From Vicinamibacterales bacterium (GTDB lineage: Bacteria > Acidobacteriota > Vicinamibacteria > Vicinamibacterales > UBA8438): a stretch of DNA of 64,000 bases. The position numbers and the translations under genes are program-made. Shown in pieces: positions 23,959-33,353 of this stretch (positions are counted from its first letter, which is position 1; the number at the start of each line of letters is the position of its first letter). Under the pieces are notes generated by a model. The model was not told the DNA's origin and made no database searches. It saw only the letters and a program-made list of their open reading frames with translations. The stretch covers positions 6,481,112-6,545,111 of the forward strand of contig CBDHGC010000004.1 in the NCBI GenBank assembly GCA_965262925.1. Reading direction: 5' to 3'.

Positions 23959-25209
23959 ATGATCGTGAGACTCGACACGCACCGTCTGCAGACCCTGGAT
24001 CAGGTTCGGGAATTCCTCGACGGAAGCGAGCAGGTCGACCTGCAACCACAGACCCGCGCCGACTCCTACGCGTTCGTGGCGAAAACCGTGCGACGGTTCG
24101 ACTACGCCCTGCGGGGGAAGGCCGACAAGGGCCTGCTGCGCCGCTTCCTGGCCAAGGTGGCCGGCCTGTCACGGGCCCAGATCACACGCCTGTTGCAGCA
24201 ACACCGGACCACGGGAGAGATCGCCGACCGCCGCGACACCCCGCGCCGACCGTTCCCGCGCCGCTACTCCAACGCCGACATCGGGCTGCTGGCCGAGCTC
24301 GACGTTCTCCACGGCACGCTGTCCGGTCCGGCCACGCGCAAGCTCTGCGCCCGCGCTTTCCATCTGTTCGGCGACCGCCGCTTCGAACGCCTGGCCGGCA
24401 TCTCCAACGGCCATCTGTACAACCTGCGGCACACGACAAGCTATCAACGGCGCCGCGGAACGACGCCGCTGCCGACGCGCCCGGTGCATGTCGCGATCGG
24501 GGAACGCCGCCGCCCGCAGCCGTTCGGACAACCTGGCTGGGTGCGGGTCGATACCGTCCATCAAGGCGACCTGGACGGCATCAAGGGCCTCTACCACGTG
24601 AACCTGGTGGATGAGGTCACCCAGTTCCAGTGCATCGGCTCGGTCGAGCATATCCACGCCGCCTGCCTGGCCCCGGTCCTCGACGCTCTGCTGCGGGCGT
24701 TCCCCTTCACGCTCCACGGCTTCCACGCCGACAACGGCTCGGAGTTCATCAACCGCGAGGTCGCGGCGCTGCTCCAGGGGCTGCACATCGACGCATTCAC
24801 CAAGTCCCGCGCCCGTCGCAGCACCGACAACGCCCTGGTCGAGAGCAAGAACGGCTCGGTCATCCGCAAGCAGCTCGGTCACGGCCACATCCCCAGCCGC
24901 TGTGCCGCGCAGGTCAACGCCTTCACCCAGCAGGTCCTCTCGCCCTATCTCAACTTCCACCGCCCCTGCTTCTTCCCCACCGAGGAGGTCGACGCGCGCG
25001 GCCGAGTACGCAAGCGCTACCGCGACGCCGACATCATGACCCCCTACGAGAAGCTCAAGTCGTTACCCAATGCCGCCGCCTGCCTGAAGCCGGGAACCAC
25101 ATTCGTAAAGCTCGACGCGGCCGCGTTCGCGATGAGCGACAACGAGGCCGCGCAGGCGCTCGACGAGGCCCGCACGCGGTTGTTCCGGTCCATCGACCCG
25201 GCGGCCTGA
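23959..25209 (+). CDS. rve (integrase-core) DDE transposase, IS481/ISNCY-like
   Basis: DDE spacing VRVDTVHQGD ... FHADNGSEF ... NALVESKNG, about 37 aa between the second D and the E. 416 aa. Confidence 0.8.
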   Translation: MIVRLDTHRLQTLDQVREFLDGSEQVDLQPQTRADSYAFVAKTVRRFDYALRGKADKGLLRRFLAKVAGLSRAQITRLLQQHRTTGEIADRRDTPRRPFPRRYSNADIGLLAELDVLHGTLSGPATRKLCARAFHLFGDRRFERLAGISNGHLYNLRHTTSYQRRRGTTPLPTRPVHVAIGERRRPQPFGQPGWVRVDTVHQGDLDGIKGLYHVNLVDEVTQFQCIGSVEHIHAACLAPVLDALLRAFPFTLHGFHADNGSEFINREVAALLQGLHIDAFTKSRARRSTDNALVESKNGSVIRKQLGHGHIPSRCAAQVNAFTQQVLSPYLNFHRPCFFPTEEVDARGRVRKRYRDADIMTPYEKLKSLPNAAACLKPGTTFVKLDAAAFAMSDNEAAQALDEARTRLFRSIDPAA

Positions 25210-25314
25210 AGGTTTGCTCACGGCCGCTACCGCCGTCTGTCGGTCGTCGTGTTGTTGACGAGCAGGCGCGAGGAAGCTCGAACACCGGACGTACCAACTC
25301 GCGCGGGCGCTGGC

Positions 25315-25426
25315 GAGCCCGGATCGCCGGCGCCGACTCGCGTCGTCACCGGCTGCGGTCGAATACCGACGGACAGCGATGTCGTCGAGCCCGGATCGCC
25401 GGCGCCGACTCGCGTCGTCACCGGCT
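25315..25426 (+). repeat. Two identical 40-bp direct repeats (period 72 bp)
   Basis: GAGCCCGGATCGCCGGCGCCGACTCGCGTCGTCACCGGCT occurs at 25315-25354 and 25387-25426. Confidence 0.85.
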
Positions 25427-25460
25427 TCAGCACCACCGAAAGGCGGAAACGCGACGCCAT

Positions 25461-25645
25461 CAGGCACGAGCGCCGACGACGATCCATCCAGCCGTTGCCG
25501 GCCGTTTCACAGCCCCTCGCGTAGTCACGTCCAGCCCCTCTGCTGCCGGTTCCGCGCTCGGCTACCGCACTCCGCAAACGTCCGCAGACGGACGTTCGCT
25601 CCGCTTGGTCTCCTGCTGTTCAGAACTCGGCAAACCAGACCCTCA
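25461..25645 (+). repeat. Structured repeat R' (copy 2)
   Basis: Homologous to 22531-22705. Its hairpin AACGTCCG-CAGA-CGGACGTT (25577-25596) shows a compensatory C-G to A-T change relative to copy 1. Confidence 0.7.
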
Positions 25646-25891
25646 CCGTTCGGTTGCCACGGCAGCGGCTACAGAACCTTCGCCCTGAACCACGACGCGC
25701 CCAGCGCCGCGTCGTACACCGTAACGGTTCCGCCGCCATGAGCGATAATGCTGCGGTCACGCGCGCCCTCAACGCGGCCCGCGCCAGGACCTGTTTCGAT
25801 CCGTCGGTTCGGTCGCCTGACAGGCTCGGCTCACGTGCCCCGCTTCAGGCTCATTTCTGGATTGGAAAGGACTCGGGCGGCCGAAACACCA

Positions 25892-27769
25892 CTACCCGCC
25901 GAAGCGGATCAACCCGTGCCCGGCCGGGAGGCCCTCGTCGAGACCGACCGGCAACCGCCCCCGAATCGGAATCTCCCCGGCGATGGCCTTCACCGCCGTC
26001 ACCTCCGACACCCCGCGGTAATCGTAGGTCAGGAGCACCGACGGCAGCTCGGGCAGGGACCGCGTCACGTACGGGTTGCCGAAGAGGACGACGACGAGCG
26101 GCTGGCCGCGCTCCGCCGCATCGCCGGCCAGGTCCCGTAGAAGAGCAACGAGGTCGTCGTCCAGATCCATCCGGCCGCTGAACGAGGCGGTACGCACGAA
26201 GACGCCGGCGACGATGGCGTCGTAGCGCGAAGCCGTCTCGCGCACGAACTCCAGGTCGGACGGCGGCGTCCGGTCCGACAGCTCGATAGCCGTCACGTCG
26301 GGCCAGCGCTCCCGGAGCTCGGGAATCAGGAAGCGGCTCGGCGCGCCGATGCCCCAGCCCGACGGGTAGTCGAGAACCGAGAGATAGAGGATCGACCCGG
26401 CCCGCGGCGTCCGCAACGGCACGTTCTCGGGGCGGTCCCTGATCAGCGTGATGGATCGCTCGCTCACCTCGCTGGCGACGGCGGCGTGCGCTCGGGCGCC
26501 GACGATCTCCGGCAGGAGGTCGAGGTCGACCCGGGAGCGGCGGTGCAGGCCGAGCCGCGCCTTCGCCTCCAGGACGCGGCGCACGGAGCGGTCGAGCTGC
26601 GCCATGCCGATCGTCCCGTCGGCCACCGCCGCCTTGACGCCGGCGAGGGCGGCCCGATCGTCCGGCGAATGAAGGACCACGTCGTGCCCGGCCGCCACCG
26701 CCCGCGCCGCCGCCGCTGCCGGCGGCAGCATGCGGGTGATGGCGCGCATGCGCATCGAGTCGGTGAAGACCAGGCCGCCGAATCCCATCTCGTCCCGCAA
26801 CAGCCCAGTCGTGATCGGCCGGCTGAATGTCGCCGGCCTGCGCACGTCCGGGTCGAGCGCCGGCAGCGCGACGTGCGCCGTCATCAACCCGCCCGCCCCG
26901 GCCGCGATACCCGCCCGGAACGGCGGCAACTCGACCGATTCGAGGCGCTCCCGCGGGTGGCGGAGGATCGGCAGCGCGAGGTGCGAATCGACGTCGGTGT
27001 CGCCGTGGCCCGGAAAGTGCTTCACCGCGGCGATCATCCCGCCGGCCGCAAGTCCCTCGATGTACGCCGCCGCCAGCCGGCCCACCGTCGCCGGATCCTC
27101 ACCGAACGACCGGGTGTTGATCACTGGATTGCGCGGGTTGTTGTTGACGTCGACCACCGGGGCGAAGTTCACATGGATGCCGATCGCCCGCGCTTCGATC
27201 GCCGTGATGCGGCCCGCCTCGAAAGCCAGCCGCGGATCTCCTGCGGCCCCGAACGCCATGGCGCGGGGGAAGTTCGTGGCGCCGGCCATCCGGAACCCGA
27301 CCCCCGTCTCGAAATCGGAGGTGACCAGCAGCGGGATCTCCGCCGCCGCCTGCAAGCGGTTCAGAAGCGACGCGGCGGCCAGAGGCTGGCCGAGGACGGA
27401 CCGCGCGTACGTCGGGTTGAGCAGGACATCCGGCGTCGCCCGCCGCGCCCCGAACACGTGCACGCCGCCGACGCGGAAGTCCTGTAAGAGCTCGGCCAGA
27501 TCGTCGTAGGTCGCGCTGTCGGTGCTGGTGTAGACCGACCGGAACGAGGGCGTGACGAGCTGGCCGACCTTCTCGTCGACGGTCAGCCGGCCGAGCGTCT
27601 CCTCGACCCAGCGCCGCGCGGGCGGGTCCAGATCGTCCTGGGCCAGCAGGCTCCCGATGCCGAGGGTCGCTAGCAGGAACGCGGCGACCGCCAGCGGCAC
27701 AGCTCGCGAGCGCGACCCCGACGCCGGCGCTCCCGGGAAACGCCGCCGCGCGGGTTCGGTCCGCATCAC
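25892..27769 (-). CDS. Glycoside hydrolase family 3 (beta-N-acetylhexosaminidase/beta-glucosidase-like), secreted
   Basis: KVGQL, NFAPVVDV, KHFPGHGDTDVDSH motifs. N-terminal signal peptide. Confidence 0.88.
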   Translation of the reverse strand: MMRTEPARRRFPGAPASGSRSRAVPLAVAAFLLATLGIGSLLAQDDLDPPARRWVEETLGRLTVDEKVGQLVTPSFRSVYTSTDSATYDDLAELLQDFRVGGVHVFGARRATPDVLLNPTYARSVLGQPLAAASLLNRLQAAAEIPLLVTSDFETGVGFRMAGATNFPRAMAFGAAGDPRLAFEAGRITAIEARAIGIHVNFAPVVDVNNNPRNPVINTRSFGEDPATVGRLAAAYIEGLAAGGMIAAVKHFPGHGDTDVDSHLALPILRHPRERLESVELPPFRAGIAAGAGGLMTAHVALPALDPDVRRPATFSRPITTGLLRDEMGFGGLVFTDSMRMRAITRMLPPAAAAARAVAAGHDVVLHSPDDRAALAGVKAAVADGTIGMAQLDRSVRRVLEAKARLGLHRRSRVDLDLLPEIVGARAHAAVASEVSERSITLIRDRPENVPLRTPRAGSILYLSVLDYPSGWGIGAPSRFLIPELRERWPDVTAIELSDRTPPSDLEFVRETASRYDAIVAGVFVRTASFSGRMDLDDDLVALLRDLAGDAAERGQPLVVVLFGNPYVTRSLPELPSVLLTYDYRGVSEVTAVKAIAGEIPIRGRLPVGLDEGLPAGHGLIRFGG

Positions 27770-27802
27770 CGGATTCTACAGCCCATCGCTATAATCGCCC
27801 CT

Positions 27803-28306
27803 GTGAGCCACGTAGCCCACCGCGCCGCGGCGCCGAAGACCACCCGTTGCCGCGTCGTCACGGTCAGCGACACCCGGACCGAGGAGACCGACCGCGGCGG
27901 CGGCGCCATCATGGAGTTGCTGGCTCGGGACGGTCACGACGTCGCGGGCAAGACCATCGTGCCGGACGATCCGGAGCGGGTGCGCGAAGCGCTGCAGGTG
28001 GGGATCGAGAGTCCGGACGTCGACGTCGTCATCGCCACCGGCGGCACGGGCATCACGCGGCGCGACGGCACCTACGAGGTGGTCTCCGCACTGCTCGACA
28101 AGCGCATCGACGGCTTCGGCGAGCTGTTCAGGGCCCTCAGCTACGAGGAGATCGGACCTGCCGCGATGCTCAGCCGCGCCTGCGCCGGCCTCGCCGCCGG
28201 CACCATCGTCATCAGCCTGCCCGGCTCCGAGAACGCGGTGCGGCTGGCGATGACGAAGCTGATCCTGCCCGAGCTCGGTCACCTGGTCCGCGAGGCGCGC
28301 CGGTGA
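27803..28306 (+). CDS. moaB: Molybdenum cofactor biosynthesis protein B (MoaB/MogA family)
   Basis: VVTVSDTR...DVVIATGGTGITRRD...SLPGSENAV motifs. GTG start. Confidence 0.88.
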   Translation: MSHVAHRAAAPKTTRCRVVTVSDTRTEETDRGGGAIMELLARDGHDVAGKTIVPDDPERVREALQVGIESPDVDVVIATGGTGITRRDGTYEVVSALLDKRIDGFGELFRALSYEEIGPAAMLSRACAGLAAGTIVISLPGSENAVRLAMTKLILPELGHLVREARR

Positions 28307-28344
28307 CCGGCGACGGGCCTGGCACGAACGGGCGCGGCACCAGG

Positions 28345-29556
28345 ATGCGTCCCTTCCGGGAGACGATCCCGATCGTCGAGGCGCTGCGCATCGTCCACGA
28401 CGCGGCCCGGCCGCTGGACCGCACCGCGCGGGTCGGGCTGGCCGCGGCAAACGGCAGGGTGCTCGCCGCCGGCATCGTTGCGGACCGCGACGTGCCGCCG
28501 TTCGACCGCGCGGCGATGGACGGCTACGCGGTGGTGGCGGCCGACACGTCCGGCGCAAGCCGGGAGGAACCCGCGCGGCTCCGTTGCGTCGCCACGCTCC
28601 ATACCGGCGAGGTCGCGACCCGCGCCGTCGGCCGCGGGGAATGCATCCAGATCGCGACCGGGGCGCCGCTTCCCGACGGCGCCGACGCCGTGGTGATGGT
28701 CGAGCAGACCGACCGCCGCGGCGACGCGGTCGACGTGTTCACCGCGGTCCACGCGCGCCAACACATCGGCCGGCGGGGCGCCGACATCGCGGCCGGCCAG
28801 ACCGTGCTCCACTCCGGCGACGTGCTGACCCCGAGCCGCGTCGGCTCGATCGCCGCCCTCGGCATCCCGGAGGTAGAGGTCTACGATCGGCCGCGGATCG
28901 GCATCGTCTCCACCGGCGACGAGATCGTCGAGCCCGGGCAGCCGCTCGCACCGGGCCAGATCTACGACATCAACCGCTTCACCCTGGGTGCGGTCATCGC
29001 CGAGCACGGCGGGGTCGCCGCCGCACATCCCATCACCGGGGATTCCCTCGCGGCGCTCGGCGCCGCGGTCGACGCCATCATCGCGCAGGGAACGGATGTC
29101 CTCGTCTTCTCGGGCGGCAGCTCCGTCGGCGAGCGCGACCTGACCCGCGACGTCCTCCGCCAGAAGGGGAACGTGGCGTTCCACGGCATCGCGGTCAAGC
29201 CGGGCAAACCGACGGCGTTCGGCCACATCGGATCGACGCCCGTGCTCGGCATGCCGGGCTATCCGACTTCGTGCCTGTCGAACGCCTACCTGCTGCTCGT
29301 CCCGCTGCTCCGACGCATGGCGCACCTGCCCCCGCTCCGGACGCGGACGGTCACGGTGCCGGCCGGGCACCGCTTCGTCTCGGTCGGCAATCGACACCAG
29401 TTCTACACGGTGCGTGTGGTCGACGGCGCCGCCGTCGGCGCTTTCAAGGCCTCGGGCGACATCACCAGCATGTCGCAGGCCGATGGGTACATCGAGATCC
29501 CGATGGGGGTCGACGCGGTGGAGGAAGGCGAGCGGGTCCACGTCACGCTGTTCTGA
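28345..29556 (+). CDS. moeA: Molybdopterin molybdenumtransferase
   Basis: PPFDRAAMDGYAV, TGAPLP, VLVFSGGSSVGERD, GMPGYPTS motifs. An alternative GTG start at 28303 overlaps the moaB stop. Confidence 0.88.
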   Translation: MRPFRETIPIVEALRIVHDAARPLDRTARVGLAAANGRVLAAGIVADRDVPPFDRAAMDGYAVVAADTSGASREEPARLRCVATLHTGEVATRAVGRGECIQIATGAPLPDGADAVVMVEQTDRRGDAVDVFTAVHARQHIGRRGADIAAGQTVLHSGDVLTPSRVGSIAALGIPEVEVYDRPRIGIVSTGDEIVEPGQPLAPGQIYDINRFTLGAVIAEHGGVAAAHPITGDSLAALGAAVDAIIAQGTDVLVFSGGSSVGERDLTRDVLRQKGNVAFHGIAVKPGKPTAFGHIGSTPVLGMPGYPTSCLSNAYLLLVPLLRRMAHLPPLRTRTVTVPAGHRFVSVGNRHQFYTVRVVDGAAVGAFKASGDITSMSQADGYIEIPMGVDAVEEGERVHVTLF

Positions 29557-29558
29557 GC

Positions 29559-30137
29559 TCAGTCCACCTCATCGACGACGAAGGACTGCGCCATGTCGAT
29601 CTGAAACAACGGAACCGTAAGAGGCGGGAATTCCAGACGGGCCAGCGACGAGTGCACGAACTCTCGCCAGTATCCCCAAACGTGAAACGGGCAGTAGTGC
29701 AGCGCAAACGTCTTCAACTGCTCATCGCTAAAGTCCGGCGAACCATCCTTGAGCGCGTACGAGGCTTCCAGCGTCGCCTTGACGACGACGCATGGCTCGC
29801 TTTCGTCCCGCTGCTCCGAAGAGGGTGCCGGGGCATCCAGTCGAAACACCAAGGTGCTCGTCGCCTTGAACCCGGCGTTCTTCCCGTCGCCGGCCGAATC
29901 GACGCTTGGCGTGCGGAAGTTGGTTGATGCCCGCAGACGCGCGTCAATATCGACTTCCTCTATTGCCATCCGTGCGTGCGCCGAGAACCCAGAGAATCGG
30001 ACGCGTTCCAGGCGGGTATGAGTCACAACCTCGTTCGCCGCCTGGATCGGGGTCGGTTTGCGCTTCGACGCGCGAGCGGGCGCCGACCCCGTCTTCGGTC
30101 TGCCGTTGGTCGCTGAACCTGGGGTCTTCCTTGCCAT
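29559..30137 (-). CDS. SecB-like chaperone (TA-associated)
   Basis: C-terminal half aligns with E. coli SecB: LKTFALHYCPFHVWGYWREFVHSSLARLEFPPLTVPLFQID versus [41 protein letters not shown]. ATG 30137 overlaps the antitoxin stop (TGATG). Confidence 0.75.
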   Translation of the reverse strand: MARKTPGSATNGRPKTGSAPARASKRKPTPIQAANEVVTHTRLERVRFSGFSAHARMAIEEVDIDARLRASTNFRTPSVDSAGDGKNAGFKATSTLVFRLDAPAPSSEQRDESEPCVVVKATLEASYALKDGSPDFSDEQLKTFALHYCPFHVWGYWREFVHSSLARLEFPPLTVPLFQIDMAQSFVVDEVD

Positions 30138-30697
30138 CACGCTGCCAGGGGACTCTCCTGGGTGACCACTGAGTCGCTCCAAGAATCAGAACCGCGGCCC
30201 AACGAACTGACCGCCACACGTCGAGTCGCGTGGCCGAAGGCATCCAACTCGAACACTGAACGCGCGAGCGCATCGCGCGTCATGGCAACACGCGCCAGAC
30301 GCGCACGCAACTCACTGACCGCTCTTTCCGCATACTGAAGGTCCGCCCGCAGTCGAACCAGACGGTCCAACGCCTCCGTCTGAATCTCTCCCCGCCGCCA
30401 GCGCTTGAGCGTTGCGATGCCGACGGAAACGTAGCCGGCGAACTCCGGCCACTTCATGTCCAACTTGCGGCGCAGGCTCTCGATCTCGTCAATCGTCAGC
30501 AAGCCGACCTTTCGGCGGTACGCGTCGGAAACCGCCCGGTGGTAAGCCCGAACATGCTTCCCAAGAATTACGACTTCACCGCAGTTCGCACACTGTGGTG
30601 CGTTCAACTCCACTGAAACGTGCTCGCCCTTCAGTTCCGCTTCAACAGTTCTGGGCGCTTCCGGTTCAACATCGTGCCCACACGCTATGCACTTCAT
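30137..30697 (-). CDS. MqsA-family antitoxin (Zn-ribbon + HTH) with ~65-aa C-terminal extension
   Basis: MKCIACGH...QCANCGE zinc ribbon. HTH LDMKWPEFAGYVSVGIATLKRWRRGE. 186 aa versus ~131 aa for E. coli MqsA. Confidence 0.8.
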   Translation of the reverse strand: MKCIACGHDVEPEAPRTVEAELKGEHVSVELNAPQCANCGEVVILGKHVRAYHRAVSDAYRRKVGLLTIDEIESLRRKLDMKWPEFAGYVSVGIATLKRWRRGEIQTEALDRLVRLRADLQYAERAVSELRARLARVAMTRDALARSVFELDAFGHATRRVAVSSLGRGSDSWSDSVVTQESPLAA

Positions 30698-30718
30698 CCT
30701 GCATACCCCAGCGAGAGT

Positions 30719-31102
30719 CTAGAAGTCTACGTTCTTGGTGGATTCATGAAAGCTCACGATGATCAGCCGCTCGTTGAACAGCGAGAACTTCAGGTACATC
30801 CTGCGCCCGACGTGCGCAGAGAACCACGCGGCCTCGTACAGATCGTGTCCCTCGCACAGACCGTCGTACCCTGGATCGTCTCGGGCGTGGAGATCCTGAA
30901 CCGTGATCTCATTGAGACACTCCCGGAGGGCAACGGTGATGGTCGGCTCGCCGCGGATGCCGATCTCGTCGCAGTGTTGACGAAGACGGTCGTAGTGGGC
31001 CCGCGACGCCTGCCAGCCATCCCCGCGTCGGATACACGAACGGGCCGCCTCGAGTACCGCACCAAGGTCGCCTCGGCCATCGGGCCTGGACTCGTCCGCC
31101 AT
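30719..31102 (-). CDS. MqsR-family toxin
   Basis: C-terminus YLKFSLFNERLIIVSFHES matches MqsR YLKITVIHDVLIVSFKEK. The middle block CDEIGIRGEPTITVALRECL matches ADELGLDFDGMCNVIIGL. Confidence 0.75.
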   Translation of the reverse strand: MADESRPDGRGDLGAVLEAARSCIRRGDGWQASRAHYDRLRQHCDEIGIRGEPTITVALRECLNEITVQDLHARDDPGYDGLCEGHDLYEAAWFSAHVGRRMYLKFSLFNERLIIVSFHESTKNVDF

Positions 31103-31165
31103 GGAGACAACGCAAGCCTAGTCGACAACTGGACCCTCAGGACCGTCCCCGGCCCGAAGCCCCAT

Positions 31166-31181
31166 GGTATCAATCGATACC
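31166..31181. promoter_or_regulatory. Palindrome GGTATC-AATC-GATACC upstream of mqsR (candidate operator)
   Basis: Lies 64-79 nt upstream of the toxin start. The half-site GGTATCAAT recurs at 31240-31248. Confidence 0.25.
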
Positions 31182-31312
31182 CCTCGGGTCAAGCCAGACC
31201 GCCGCCGGCTGCTCCGGCGGGGGGCACCACGAAGTCCGTGGTATCAATTGGCGTCTCCAAGGCCCACATCGGCGAGCGGCGCGTGGTTGAAACCGGCCGG
31301 AGTAGAGCAAGG

Positions 31313-31777
31313 TTACCGCTTGCCCATCCGCCGCGCCCACTCCAGCTCGAGTTCGTCCGCCGTGTGGAGGTCGAAGACGTCCCCGCTCCGCCGCTGGTCG
31401 CCGCGGAACTCGGTATGGCAGCGGTAGCACACCTCGAGGTCGGGCAGTCGGCCGTAGACGATGAGGTCGAGCAGCGCGGCGCCGCCGAGCACGCCGTAGG
31501 CGACCAGGTCCATCTGGTACCAGTAGAAGCCGGCGCTGATGAGCGCGCCGGTGATGATCACGGCCAGGCCGAGCTTCGGGTCGAAGTCCTTCCGGACGTA
31601 GACTTCGCCGCCCTCGCAGACCGGACAGACATCGACCTCCTCGCCGGCGCGGACCTTGTCGCTCACCGCGAGCGAGATCGCGCGGTCGCACCCGCCGCAC
31701 AGGACGGCGGTCGGCGCTTCGGCCGCGGCGATCGGCAGGCGGCTCGCGCACTCAGGGCAGATGATGGTCAGATTCAT
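31313..31777 (-). CDS. Membrane protein with four CxxC pairs (double zinc ribbon flanking two TM helices)
   Basis: CPEC...CGGC...CPVC...[two hydrophobic helices]...CYRC. The start overlaps the stop of the upstream gene. Confidence 0.6.
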   Translation of the reverse strand: MNLTIICPECASRLPIAAAEAPTAVLCGGCDRAISLAVSDKVRAGEEVDVCPVCEGGEVYVRKDFDPKLGLAVIITGALISAGFYWYQMDLVAYGVLGGAALLDLIVYGRLPDLEVCYRCHTEFRGDQRRSGDVFDLHTADELELEWARRMGKR

Positions 31778-32574
31778 AGCGGCACCCGCTGCGAGATCAG
31801 CAGGTACTTCGCGAGCACCTCGCCGACGATGACGGTGAAGAAATCGACGTACAGGATGCCGGTAGCCGACTGCGTGGAGCGGATCTTGGCCGTCTCCCAC
31901 GTCAGGTAGGAAAGGACGGCCGGCCCGAGCAGCCCGAACAGCACCCGCTGCCACAGGAAGACCCCCTCTATCGACAGCGCGTAGCGGTCGAAGCCGGCCC
32001 CCGACGGCGCCTGCCAGGTCGCGAGCGCCCACAGGGTGACCGCGCCGACGACCGCGATCCGCACGGCGGTCGACGCGATGTGGAACTTCACGATCCGCTG
32101 CAGCAGGGAGACGTCCATCGACGGCAGCACGAGGTACCAGTGACCCAGGATCATCGCCGTGCAGCTTCCCCCGAGCAGCGCCGCCGACGAGAGGAAGCTG
32201 GCGGCGGTGAGCCACGCGGACGGCCCCGCCTCGACCACCGACCAGCTCGCCGCCTGCGCCACCAGCGCGGCCCCGCCCCCCAGCGCCGTGGTCCAGAGCA
32301 ACAGCGGGCGCAGCCGCGCGAGCGCGCGGCCGATCGTAGCCCAGTAGACGAGCAGAGCGCCCGTCGCCACGAGCAGGGCGCCGAACCCGAAGGCGGCGGC
32401 CGGCGCAGCGGCCGGCGGGTCGGGCCGGAACGCCAGCGCGATCAGCAGGAGGATGGCAGCCAGCCCGGCGTTGAAGCGGAAGAACTTGACGCCCGCCGTC
32501 TGCCCTACCAGCAACAGCGACGCGGCGATGCCGACCGCGAGGTGGGCGAGAAACAGGAAGAGCACCGAGGCCAT
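31774..32574 (-). CDS. Polytopic integral membrane protein, unknown function
   Basis: 266 aa with ~8 hydrophobic segments. Translationally coupled to the zinc-ribbon membrane gene. Confidence 0.6.
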   Translation of the reverse strand: MASVLFLFLAHLAVGIAASLLLVGQTAGVKFFRFNAGLAAILLLIALAFRPDPPAAAPAAAFGFGALLVATGALLVYWATIGRALARLRPLLLWTTALGGGAALVAQAASWSVVEAGPSAWLTAASFLSSAALLGGSCTAMILGHWYLVLPSMDVSLLQRIVKFHIASTAVRIAVVGAVTLWALATWQAPSGAGFDRYALSIEGVFLWQRVLFGLLGPAVLSYLTWETAKIRSTQSATGILYVDFFTVIVGEVLAKYLLISQRVPL

Positions 32575-32657
32575 GACGCGGCGATCTCCTCCTGGTCCCC
32601 TCTATGTCGCAGAGCTGCGAGCGTCTCGCGGATTTCCGTCGAGCGTCTCGTCGCGGG

Positions 32658-33257
<600 letters not shown>

Positions 33258-33353
33258 GAACTGAATCTCTCCTTGGGGATCGGATCGCCCAGCCTCATCG
33301 AGCGCCGGGCGTTGCGGTGCAGCCAATGAGTCTAGCAGACGGCATGGGAGCCG

